Source: Macrostomum lignano (taxonomy: Eukaryota). From it: DNA of 64,000 nucleotides. Below are positions 43,691-54,102 of the stretch, one piece after another (position 1 is the first letter of the stretch; each line of letters starts with the position of its first letter). Both the position numbers and the translations under genes were made by a program. The notes beneath the pieces are model-generated. The model did not search any database and was not told where the DNA came from. It worked only from the letters and a program-made list of their open reading frames with translations. The stretch covers positions 1-64,000 of the forward strand of contig NIVC01002631.1 of the NCBI GenBank assembly GCA_002269645.1, given 5' to 3'.

Positions 43691-44317
43691 TTTGAATACA
43701 TCCAAGGGTAGGAAGCTACCCTGCAGACAGTAGGAGTGCGGTATGGACACTTGAAGATGAACTCCCTAAAAAACTACTGCAGCTGAAACATTCAACCAAC
43801 TTGCTCAACTGACTGCATATTCGCTGACAGGCCCTGTAAGCTGAGCAAATGCCTGTTGTGACAACTGCTACGTTCAACAGTTTACGTGGCCGATTAAAGT
43901 CAATATGAAAGCAAAAAAACAAACATCAGACAAATATTTAGACAAACTAAAAAAACAAAAACAAGTAAAGTTGACAACGCCACCGGTGAAATTTAAATTG
44001 CAGGGAAAAAACAAGTTTTGGGATAAAATGTAAGCCATGCAGTTACCTGCTTGCAGCTGCACTTCAGACTGTGAACTGCGAACTGTGAAACGACCAAATT
44101 TCATCGTGCAAAAAACGCTTCATTTACACGAAAGTTAAACAGAAGTTTAAAAACGTCAAATAACGCAGGAAGATAGGGCTGAGTACTTCTACAGGGGTAA
44201 TGAGATGGCTAGGAAACAACAACAAAAGTACAGTGCAGTATAGTATATGCCACGACTATGAGTGCTGTCACTAACTGGCCGTTGGATTAGCTTCCAAATG
44301 CATTACTCTAGGAGAAT

Positions 44318-45751
44318 TTAACGAAGAGAATTATTTAAAAAGAAAAACAGCGACACAGTAAGAACAGAGTCACTGTTCACATGAGCAATGACGGAGCGTG
44401 GCAAAGTTGAATATTCGCTACACCATGTGCTGCTGGTAAGATTGTTGACTTGACTGAATTTCATGTCGCAAACTTTGCACTCAAATGGCTTTTCTCCTGT
44501 ATGCAGCCTGGAGTGTTTAGTGAGGCTGCTATTGACAGCAAATCTTTTGCCACAAACTTTGCACTGAAATGGTTTTTCTCCGGTGTGCACCCCTGAGTGT
44601 GCAATCAGGTTGCCGTTGACACTGAATCTTTTGCCGCACACTTTGCACTTAAATGGCCTTTCTCCGGTGTGCACCCTTGAGTGTGCAATGAGGCTGCAAC
44701 CGACACTGATTCTCTTGCAACACACTTTGCACTCAAATAGCTTTTCTCCTGTGTGAAGCCTTGAGTGTTTAGTGAGGCTGTAGTTGACAATGAATCTCTT
44801 GCCGCACACCTTGCATTCAAATGGCTTTTCTCCCATGTGAAGCCTTGAGTGCCTACTGAGGCTGCTGCTGTCGCTGAATCTTGTGCCGCACACCTTGCAC
44901 TCAAATGGCTTTTCTCCTGAGTGCAACCTTAAGTGCTTAGTGAGGTTGCTGCTGTCGCTGAATCTCTTGCCGCACACCTTGCACTCAAATGGCTTTTCTC
45001 CTGAGTGCAACCTTAAGTGCTTAGTGAGGTTGCTGCTGTCGCTGAATCTCTTGCCGCACACTTTGCACTCAAACGGCCTTTCTCCCGTGTGCACCCTGGA
45101 GTGCCTTCTCAAGCTGCTGCTTTGATTGAATCTCTTGCCGCACACCTTGCACTCAAACGGTCTCTCACCAGTGTGAGACCGCATATGCACGTGAAGATGA
45201 GATGACGTTGAGAAAAAATTCCCACACAGCTTGCACTTGTGCGGTTTCGCCTTCATGTGCACTGCACTAATGTGAGCTTCGAGGTGGTCTTTTCTGGAGA
45301 ACTTCTTCTGGCAAGTGTCGCACTGGATCGGCCTCTGGACACCCTGAGCTCGACAGTGCCGTGTTGCAGCACTCTTTGTAGCTCGGGTCTTCCCGACTGA
45401 CTCGCACTCCTGACGCTTCGGCACTGCACGACTGCCGTCTGCACACGGCTGCATCGCTGACTCATTGCGAGATGCGACCTGCTCGACTGCCGCCGCTCTG
45501 CCAGCTTCTGAGTTGGTCGCAGCCGCCTCCTCTGGCTCCGAGTCGCAGCCCATTCCGTGTGACCGCACATGACGCAAGTACTGCGCCACTGCCGCTCGGG
45601 TGCGGCAGAACCGCAGAAGGGGCAGGCGACAGAGCCCCGGCGCATCTCTGAGAAACTGTGGGGCTGCGATCCGTGCTGAGATGCCGATGCTCGAATCCCG
45701 TCTCTGCCTGAGCTGCAATGCGGAGCGGTGGACTTCATTACTTGTGATCAT
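44318..45751 (-). CDS. C2H2 zinc-finger gene copy Z2 (10 complete tandem fingers), with 5' and 3' indels relative to paralogs. Possibly a pseudogene.
   Basis: CxxC-HxxxH fingers with TGEKPF linkers. A 7-nt deletion near 45620 shifts the shared MKSTAPH start (45738) out of frame. A deletion near 44432 destroys the last finger and causes read-through. Confidence 0.7.
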   Translation of the reverse strand: MITSNEVHRSALQLRQRRDSSIGISARIAAPQFLRDAPGLCRLPLLRFCRTRAAVAQYLRHVRSHGMGCDSEPEEAAATNSEAGRAAAVEQVASRNESAMQPCADGSRAVPKRQECESVGKTRATKSAATRHCRAQGVQRPIQCDTCQKKFSRKDHLEAHISAVHMKAKPHKCKLCGNFFSTSSHLHVHMRSHTGERPFECKVCGKRFNQSSSLRRHSRVHTGERPFECKVCGKRFSDSSNLTKHLRLHSGEKPFECKVCGKRFSDSSNLTKHLRLHSGEKPFECKVCGTRFSDSSSLSRHSRLHMGEKPFECKVCGKRFIVNYSLTKHSRLHTGEKLFECKVCCKRISVGCSLIAHSRVHTGERPFKCKVCGKRFSVNGNLIAHSGVHTGEKPFQCKVCGKRFAVNSSLTKHSRLHTGEKPFECKVCDMKFSQVNNLTSSTWCSEYSTLPRSVIAHVNSDSVLTVSLFFFLNNSLR

Positions 45752-45839
45752 CTGGGTTTGAAAGTCATCTAAAAGAATTGAACAATATTTTCTGAATTTG
45801 AAAAGCTTCAGAGGATAGCTGAGTCATACTGACAAATAA

Positions 45840-47470
45840 TGCGACCAATTTTACTCATTTTATGAACGTGATGGAAATATTGATGAATATCGAAGCTGCC
45901 ATATTGATGAAGATGAAAAATATGAATCTGCCGGTTTTAAGCCGTCTTTAAATGATTAGGTGTGAAGGAAGAGAAGGCTGACGAACTCTCACCCAATACC
46001 CACTTGTTTTAGGGGTCTCATTGGAGAAGCCGCGTATGACAAATTAAATTACGGAACATGGTCGCTGCGGCGAAGCCGGAAGACAAGACACTCGAGAAAC
46101 TCAAGGATGAAAGTAAAAGCTTGTCACCTCGCAACAAAACTTATTCTGAGGGAAAGCTACTAATACAAGTACTGCGTTCTAAAGCAAGACACATCTGGAC
46201 GGCAAATTTTGAGCTCCGTGAGTTCGGTTTGTAGCCGGTCTGCGCAATGCGTCGTGTTAAAAGAATTGAAGAAAAAGATTAAAGACCCATTGACATTTGA
46301 CCTGACGGTGAGACTGCTGCCACGCAAGATCACGTCAGTAAGAGTGCCTTGCCCTCAAATGGAAAGGTGAAAGCAGTGAATACGAGTACAACAAAGGGCA
46401 GAGTACGACATCAAAGCAGTGTTCAAAGCCAGGGGTGCATTTCGGGCCTGCCTAGTGCTCAGGCGAGACCAAATTTCTATGTACATCCACCTTTCGTAGA
46501 GTACGTACAAATCATGCACTTCGGTATAGCCAACTTGAACGAGAAGCTCATGAGTGCTGTGGTGCTTAAAAATAACGCATGGATCAAAACCGAAGTTTAA
46601 ACATCAAATAAAGCAAGTGTCAGACGGAGTAAAGCAGATCCAAGACGTTTTCAGTCCATTGCGATCATGTGAAGATGTACCAGAGTCGTATCGACGACTG
46701 CAGAGGAGACTGCGCTGCACTGAGAATTCACTGCTACTGGATCATCGGATAGTTATTCCTGGGGAAGCTGCGAGCACTGGTGATGTGGTTTCTACACGAC
46801 CCTCATTCATGATTTCAAGTAATAAAGGCATGGGCGTGGCATTATATTTGCTGGCTGAATATCGAAGCCGAGATAGATAAATGCGTGGCGGAGAGTTTTT
46901 CATATTTTAAAGCATGAGACCTCAGAAATACGAGTAGATGCTTAGAACAACGGCCAATAACAGAGATCATGGTGCCAGGTGCCTGCTGATCTTGGCCAAT
47001 TAGAGGCAAACAACTTCTAGTGATTTCAAATGCTCGAACAGATTTATTTGCACCGAATAAATCCGTGACATCAACGCAGCGGCTGCTGTCAGAGTACTTT
47101 AGAGAAAGTTGTGCAATCTGATCATCCCGGAAGTACTTGTCAGTGACAATGGACCTCAGTTGGTTGCTAAAGAGATAGCAGGTTGGTTGAACTGTTTCTT
47201 AGGCCACAGTCCGATCAGGATCCAAGATATCATCAGTAGAGTGGAGAGGAGCCTTACAAGAAGCTGTGACTGAACAGCCACGGCGAGTCCAAGATCACCA
47301 AGGTCGAGATCTGATGATGCGTAGAGGCCACATCAGAGACAGCTCAGCGAGCGACGGACAACCATCTCGAAGACGAGCAAACAAGCCATTAAGAGCGAAA
47401 GTACTGAGCGCAAATACCCAGTGCGGACAACAGGAAAGGTATTGATTGCTTTGTCCTGGCTTCGAATACA
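45840..47470 (+). mobile_element. Second decayed Ty3/Gypsy remnant (gag and integrase), homologous to 42158-43690
   Basis: LIGEAAYDKL...AAAKPEDKTLEKL (gag), KDPLTFDL..ETAA, LLLDHRIVIP, PEVLVSDNGPQLVAKEI (integrase core). Shares blocks with the first remnant, e.g. GACAA.CATCTCGAAGAC and CCAGTGCGGACAACAGGA. Confidence 0.8.
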
Positions 47471-47565
47471 CCCACAGGCAGGTAGCGACAGAGCAGCCAG
47501 TGAAAGCGAAGAAGATACACATGAAGATGAACTCCATAAAAAAACTATTGCAGCTGATACACTTA

Positions 47566-47854
47566 TTGTATATGCGCTAAAGTAACTGTAGCGTATGCGA
47601 CGCACGTTAGTTTTCATCAATTCATTTGTGTTATGCATTCGGGTGTTCATGTCTATGTGCTTAACTTGAGTGCTCCTAATAAGCCGTGACTAAAAGGGAA
47701 AGAAAGAACAAGTCGCGGCTGCAGGATAAAATATAAGTACGCTGGTAACTCGCTTCAATTAAACATCACGGACTTCCACTTTGATGTCGTCGATCTAGAT
47801 GAGTCTATCGAGACTGGATTTATAGTCATAGAAGAAGCAGAAGACATATCATCA
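47566..47854. mobile_element. About 290-bp insertion, solo-LTR-like (TG...CA)
   Basis: Splits the paralogous GCTGAAACACTTAACCAAC motif. Flanks are CTTA/TTTA. Contains TATAA and AATTAAA. Confidence 0.45.
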
Positions 47855-48688
47855 TTTAACCAACTGGATCAACTGAAGCTGAGTATTTACTGACCGAGGC
47901 CCTGAGAGCTGAGCAACTGCCTATGACAACAGCTGTATTCAACAGTTTGCGTGGCCTATTAAAGTCAATATCAAAACAATCAACACATCAAGACAAACAT
48001 TTAAACAAACCAATTATTAAAACAATGCAACCGGTGTAATTTTAAATTACAGAAGAAAAAAGTTTAAGAAGAAATTAAAGCCATTCATTTAGCTGCTTGC
48101 AGCTAAACTTCAGTCTGAGGAAACTCAACAAAAGGCTGTGAAAGTTTGGAAACGACCAAATTTCATCATGCATAAAATAATACCACTTCATTATACGAAA
48201 TTTGAATACAAGTGAAAAAGACGTCGAACAACGAGTAGGGAGAATAAGTGCTGAGTACTCCTACAGCAAGTAACGAGATACAGGAGACCTCTGGCAGCAC
48301 CAAATAATGAAAAACTGGTCTAGCAGTAGAGTACACTAAAATTGACGACCCACTGGCAATTGAGTGCTGTCACTAGCTGGTCATTGCATTAGCTGCATTA
48401 GCATTAGCTTTGGAGAATTCAACAAAAAAGATTAATAAAACGAAAAATGCTGTTAAGCGATTGCGAGCCACTTGACGCTTGGCGTACACTAAGAATCAAT
48501 ATCGATTGTCTACATCGGCAATTACGGAGAGCAGCTAAACTGAATATTCGCTACACAATGTGCCTTCACTCGAAGTGCCTTTTCAGATTGTTGATTTGAT
48601 TAAATCTCTTGCCACACACCTTGCACTCAACTGGCCTTTCTTCTGTGTGCAGCCATAGGTGTGCAATGAGGTTTCCGTTGACACTGAA

Positions 48689-50143
48689 TTACTTGCTGTA
48701 TACTTTGCCCTCAAATGGCTTTTCTCCTGTGTGCAACCTTGAGTGCCTAGTGAGGCTGCTTCTGTCACTGAATCTCTTGCCGCATATTTTGCACTCAAAC
48801 GGCTTTTCTCCTGTGTGTAGCCTTGAGTGCGTAGTAACATTACTGCTGATACTGAATCTCTTGCCGCACACTTTGCAATCAAATGGCTTTTTTCCTGTGT
48901 GCAGCCGCGAGTGGGTAGTGAGGTTGCCGTTTTGACTGAATCGCTTGCCGCACACCTTGCACTCAAATGGCTTTTCTCCTGTGTGAAGCCGCGAGTGGGT
49001 AGTCAGGTTGCTGTTTTTACTGAATCGCTTGCCGCACACTTTGCAATCAAATGGCTTTTTTCCTGTGTGCAGCCGCGAGTGGGTAGTGAGGTTGCTGTTT
49101 TTACTGAATCGCTTGCCGCACACTTTGCAATCAAATGGCTTTTTTCCTGTGTGCAGCCGCGAGTGGGTAGTGAGGTTGCCGTTTTGACTGAATCTCTTGC
49201 CGCACACCTTGCACTCAAATGGCTTTTCTCCTGTGTGAAGCCGCGAGTGGGTAGTCAGGTTGCTGTTTTTACTGAATCGCTTGCCGCACACTTTGCATTC
49301 AAATGGCTTTTTTCCTGTGTGCAGCCTGGAGTGTGTAGTGAGGCTGCAACTGACACCAAATCTTTTGCCGCACAGTTTGCACTCAAATGGCTTTTTTCCT
49401 GTGTGCAGCCTGGAGTGTGTAGTGAGGCTGCAACTGACACCAAATCTTTTGCCGCACAGTTTGCACTCAAATGGCTTTTTTCCTGTGTGCAGACTTAACT
49501 GCCTAGTGAGGTGGCTGCTTCGATTTAATCTCTTGCCGCACACCTCGCACTCAAACGGCCTCTCTCCAGTGTGAGAACGGATGTGCACGTGTAGATGAGA
49601 CGCCTTTGTGAAGGACTTCCCACACCATTTGCACTTGTGTGGTTTCTCCTTTATGTGCACTGCACTAATGTGAGCCTTGAGGTGGCCTTTTCTGGAGAAC
49701 TTCTTCTGGCAAGTGTCGCACTGGAACGGCCTCTGGACACCCTGAGCTCGACGGTGCCGTGTTGCAGCACTCTTTGTAGCTCGGGTATTCCCGACTGACT
49801 CGCACTCCTGACGCTTCGTCACTGCACGACTGCCGTCTGCACACGGCTGCATCGCTGACTCATTGCGAGACGCGACCTGCTCGACCGCCGCCGCTCTGAC
49901 AGCTTCTGAGTTGGTCGCAGCCGCCTCCTCTGGCTCCGAGTCGCAGCCCATTCCGTGTGACCGCACATGACGCAAGTACTGCGCCACTGCCGCTCGGGTG
50001 CGGCAGAACCGCCTGGGACAAAAGGGGCAGGCGACAGAGCCCCGGCGCATCTCTGAGAAACTGTGGGGCTGCGATCCGTGCTGAGATGCCGATTCTCGAA
50101 GCCCGTCTCTGCCTGAGCTGCAATGCGGAGCGGTAGACTTCAT
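48689..50143 (-). CDS. C2H2 zinc-finger protein copy Z3, 484 aa: N-terminal atypical CPFC..H..H finger, leader and 12 tandem fingers (one with H>Q)
   Basis: Intact ORF from ATG 50143. Two further decayed fingers lie beyond the TAA (48551-48690). Confidence 0.85.
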   Translation of the reverse strand: MKSTAPHCSSGRDGLRESASQHGSQPHSFSEMRRGSVACPFCPRRFCRTRAAVAQYLRHVRSHGMGCDSEPEEAAATNSEAVRAAAVEQVASRNESAMQPCADGSRAVTKRQECESVGNTRATKSAATRHRRAQGVQRPFQCDTCQKKFSRKGHLKAHISAVHIKEKPHKCKWCGKSFTKASHLHVHIRSHTGERPFECEVCGKRLNRSSHLTRQLSLHTGKKPFECKLCGKRFGVSCSLTTHSRLHTGKKPFECKLCGKRFGVSCSLTTHSRLHTGKKPFECKVCGKRFSKNSNLTTHSRLHTGEKPFECKVCGKRFSQNGNLTTHSRLHTGKKPFDCKVCGKRFSKNSNLTTHSRLHTGKKPFDCKVCGKRFSKNSNLTTHSRLHTGEKPFECKVCGKRFSQNGNLTTHSRLHTGKKPFDCKVCGKRFSISSNVTTHSRLHTGEKPFECKICGKRFSDRSSLTRHSRLHTGEKPFEGKVYSK

Positions 50144-50280
50144 TACTTTGTAATCAGAGATTTAATGATATTGGAATTCTTAAGGAAAAATAGATTTATC
50201 CCACATTTACCGGTAAAACTAAGACGTACGTAGACACGGGGCAAAGTTCAGATCTGTGTAACGCCATTTGTAACTGGGTG

Positions 50281-50622
50281 TGTCATGGAATCTGTACTGT
50301 TAAATACATGACTTGAAGTTTTGCTTTTTCGCCTCTGACTACATACTCTCTATGACATGAATGATTTCTGGTCTAAACTGAGGTCTGTAAGTCTTTTAAC
50401 GTAAAATTTAAAATGATGAACCATTTCAAATGCACTTTGAAATGAATCATTGGACATGGTATATAAGTCAAAGAGAGGAAACTTGAGATTATGGTGGTTA
50501 GGGTGAGTCATAGAGTAGGTACGGTGAGTCTAACCAGTCAGGGTGGTTAGCGTGGGAGATCAAGAAGAGTAGTGAAAAGAAGCGGGACACCAGTTCGAAA
50601 TCAAGGATTGTCATTTATGACA
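50281..50622. mobile_element. Solo-LTR-like segment (TGTCAT...ATGACA, 342 bp), repeated at 54240, 58199 and 62158
   Basis: Perfect 6-bp inverted termini and an internal TATATAAG. No target-site duplication found (GGGTG versus AGCAA). Confidence 0.4.
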
Positions 50623-51389
50623 AGCAAATTAATGTTATAAATGCAGACAGAACATTTGTCCACGTGCCGGGATTTTTTTCAATGTCTTCAACAGACAGAC
50701 AGAAGGGGTGCAGTGTGCTCAGAGGCGGTCATGCTCAGCAAGACAACTCAAACGGGCAGAGATTTGGCTTACAACCAGTTAGCTGTGCTCAGTCTTATAC
50801 TGCAGGATTGGAATTACACAACTTGAGTAGCTAAATGCCATGCAGACTGTCAGAGGTGAGCTGTCAGCAGCACTAGCAAGTTGGCAGCCATGAAAATCTG
50901 CATTCAAGCGGCAGCACAGCTGAAGCACCGCATGGCTGGCAAAATGCCTTGCGGAGAAGCTCAGTGCGGGAAACACCTCAATGCGAGCCTCAGCAGAAAA
51001 CTGCTGCAGCTGAAACACTTAACCAACTTGATCAGCTGATTGAATATCCGCTGGCTGAGGCCCTGAGAGCTGAGCAAATTCCCATGGCAACAGCTGCATT
51101 GAACACCCTATGTGGTCTATTAAAGTCAATATTAAAAGAATCAACACCTCAAGACAAACATTTAAACTAACGAATTAGTAAAATTGAAACAATAAAGTTG
51201 TATTTAGTTAAAGCAAACCAGTTAAAGGTTATTAGTAACAATAAAGTGTGCTAGGCAGCCATGCATTTAATTTAATTAATGAAGAAAATTTATAGCCCCA
51301 CATCAAGACAAACATTAAAACAAACATGGGGAACTTTAACACTGGCTGTGAAAGTTGTGTATCGAGAAAATTCCATCATGCAGACAATA

Positions 51390-52455
51390 CGAGGATGCTT
51401 AACAAGTTCGCAGAAAATGTAGCTCGTAGCTTCCTTATATGCAAATAAAATGAGATTTTTTGTGTTTATATCAGTACATATTAAAACTTCATGTCAATTT
51501 TCAGCCTCTGCTTAAAATGCTACGACGCAATGGTCGAAAAAGTGATACGACCCCAGACCCTGTCCTGGGATTGACAATGTGACAGACGAGTTGCAGTTCT
51601 TGTTCAATTTCGATTTGGCCAATCCGCCTCTCGAGCGCTTGCAGATGCTTTGAAAAGCGTTGGGTGATGAAGCATCATCCCAGACAATGGTGTACAAGTG
51701 GTTTGAACGAGAAGGCCGTCCAAATTCGGTTATTACGAACGCAACAGTTCCAGTGTCCAAAGACTGCTCGATGAAGATCGAGGAGTGACGGTTGGCGAAA
51801 TCGAGAAACATGTCGGGATTTCAGATTCAAGCGCCATTTCTATCTTGCATGATCATCTGGGCATGAGGAAAGCGTCTGCACTCTGGGTGCCCCATTACTT
51901 GAACTTCACTCTTATTCCGGTGGTGTGGCATCCTGCCGCACATTCTATTCGAAAAAGGTGCCACAGTGACTAGTCACTGGTACTTAAGTGTCTGCCTGTC
52001 CCAGGTGCTGGAGCTCCTCTGTCAGGATGCGGCCAAAGACCAGAGACCATGCCATTTTCTTGCACCATGACAATGCTCCAGCTCACCGAGCCAGAGTGAC
52101 ACAGGAGTTTCTGGCATTGACTCAGCAGACTCTGCTGCCACATCCAGCCTACTCGCCTGAAATCGCTCCAGCTGACTTCTTCCTCTTCAAGAAGATCAAG
52201 AAGAATCTCAAGGGAAAGCGTTTTGACTCACGCAAGAAGCTTAAAGAGGCGTTGAAAGCAGAGCTGGAAGCTATCCCTCAGGTGGAATTAAGGGCATGTT
52301 TTGCAGCATAGTTTCATGCGATGGAGAAATGCAGAAATCTGTCTGAAAACTATGCTGAGAAGTCTCATTAATTGGGGGGGATACATTCAAAACAATTTTC
52401 AGGTGGCGGCATATTCAGAAGTGTCTTTTTTCCGCGAACTTATTAAGCATCCATT
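51390..52455 (+). mobile_element. Mariner (D,D34D) transposon remnant with internal deletions
   Basis: TA|CGAGGATGCTTAACAAGTTCGCAGAAAA and an inverted TTTTCCGCGAACTTATTAAGCATCC. Motifs WVPHYL, HHDNAPAH and HPAYSPEIAPAD, with exactly 34 residues between the two Asp. Confidence 0.9.
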
Positions 52456-52875
52456 GCAACAACGCTCGGCTTTACAAAACTTAAAGAACAAATGTTAAGA
52501 AGTAGAAACGATGCATGAGTGCTGAGTAGTGATACAGACAGTAATGTTATGAGAAACAACTGGAAACCTTTAGCAGCAACAAGTGAAAAGATGGCCTAAC
52601 AGTAGAGTGCAGTATTGTATATGCCGTGACTAACTAGTCATTGACTGCTGTCACTAACAGGTCATTGGTTTAGCATCCGCCTGTATTGCTCTAGAATAAC
52701 TCAGCGAAGATCATTAAAGCTCTAAAGACAGAAGGACAAGACAAAAAAGCTATGAAACGATGACAAGCAAACACTTGGCGCACAGTATGGACCAAGACCA
52801 ATTGTCCACATCGGCAATTAGCGGAGTGCAGCAAATTTGAATATTCGCTACACAACGTGCTGCTCGGAGTGGCTA

Positions 52876-54102
52876 TTAAGATTGCTGACTTGATTGAATC
52901 TCTTGCCGCACACTTTGCACTGAAACGGCTTTTTTCTCAGTGTGCAGCCTTGAGTGGGTAGTGAGAATGTTGGCTTGATTAAATCTCCTGCCGCACACTT
53001 TGCACTGAAACGGCTTTTCTCCTGTATGCAGCCTTGAGTGGGTTGTGAGAATGTTGACTTGATTAAATCTCCTGCCGCACACTTTGCACTGAAACGGCTT
53101 TTCTCCTGTATGCAGCCTTGAGTGGGTTGTGAGGCTGCTATTGACAGCAAATCTCTTGCCGCAAACTTTGCATTGAAATGGCTTTTCACCAGTGTGTAGC
53201 CTTGAGTGGGTGGTGAGGCTGCTATTGACACTGAATCTCTTGCCGCACACCTTGCAAACAAATGGCTTTTCTCCGGTGTGCAGCCTTAAGTGCTTAGTGA
53301 GACCGCTGCTGTCACTGAATCTCTTGCCGCACACCTTGCACTCAAATGGCTTTTCTCCTGTGTGCACCCTTGAGTGCGTAGTAAGGCTGCTGCTGTCACT
53401 GAATCTCTTGCCGCACACCTTGCACTGAAATGGCTTTTCTCCTGTGTGCAACCTTAAGTGCTTAGTGAGGCTGCTGCTGTCACTGAATCTCTTGCCGCAC
53501 ACCTCGCACTCAAACGGCCTCTCTCCAGTGTGAGAACGGATGTGCACGTGTAGATGAGACGCCTTTGTGAAGGACTTCCCACACCATTTGCACTTGTGTG
53601 GTTTCTCCTTTATGTGCACTGCACTAATGTGAGCCTTGAGGTGGCCTTTTCTGGAGAACTTCTTCTGGCAAGTGTCGCACTGGAACGGCCTCTGGACACC
53701 CTGAGCTCGACGGTGCCGTGTTGCAGCACTCTTTGTAGCTCGGGTATTCCCGACTGACTCGCACTCCTGACGCTTCGTCACTGCACGACTGCCGTCTGCA
53801 CACGGCTGCATCGCTGACTCATTGCGAGACGCGACCTGCTCGACCGCCGCCGCTCTGACAGCTTCTGAGTTGGTCGCAGCCGCCTCCTCTGGCTCCGAGT
53901 CGCAGCCCATTCCGTGTGACCGCACATGACGCAAGTACTGCGCCACTGCCGCTCGGGTGCGGCAGAACCGCCTGGGACAAAAGGGGCAGGCGACAGAGCC
54001 CCGGCGCATCTCTGAGAAACTGTGGGGCTGCGATCCGTGCTGAGATGCCGATTCTCGAAGCCCGTCTCTGCCTGAGCTGCAATGCGGAGCGGTAGACTTC
54101 AT
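52876..54102 (-). CDS. C2H2 zinc-finger protein copy Z4, 408 aa, 9 tandem fingers. A tenth finger is out of frame (homologous stop at 52848).
   Basis: ORF track and finger motifs. The last linker reads CAC ACT GAG AAA AAA GCC (+1 nt). Confidence 0.85.
   Translation of the reverse strand: MKSTAPHCSSGRDGLRESASQHGSQPHSFSEMRRGSVACPFCPRRFCRTRAAVAQYLRHVRSHGMGCDSEPEEAAATNSEAVRAAAVEQVASRNESAMQPCADGSRAVTKRQECESVGNTRATKSAATRHRRAQGVQRPFQCDTCQKKFSRKGHLKAHISAVHIKEKPHKCKWCGKSFTKASHLHVHIRSHTGERPFECEVCGKRFSDSSSLTKHLRLHTGEKPFQCKVCGKRFSDSSSLTTHSRVHTGEKPFECKVCGKRFSDSSGLTKHLRLHTGEKPFVCKVCGKRFSVNSSLTTHSRLHTGEKPFQCKVCGKRFAVNSSLTTHSRLHTGEKPFQCKVCGRRFNQVNILTTHSRLHTGEKPFQCKVCGRRFNQANILTTHSRLHTEKKAVSVQSVRQEIQSSQQS

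Noticed and set aside
51512-52498. Short ORFs in each 3959-bp unit as independent genes or an active transposase
   Set aside because: They are fragments or antisense frames of an internally deleted mariner, and the first catalytic Asp region is missing.
52925-52945. Programmed -1 frameshift at A6G restoring the last finger
   Set aside because: The zero frame is GAG AAA AAA GCC and the finger needs a +1 shift. The heptamer is not in the X XXY YYZ phase.
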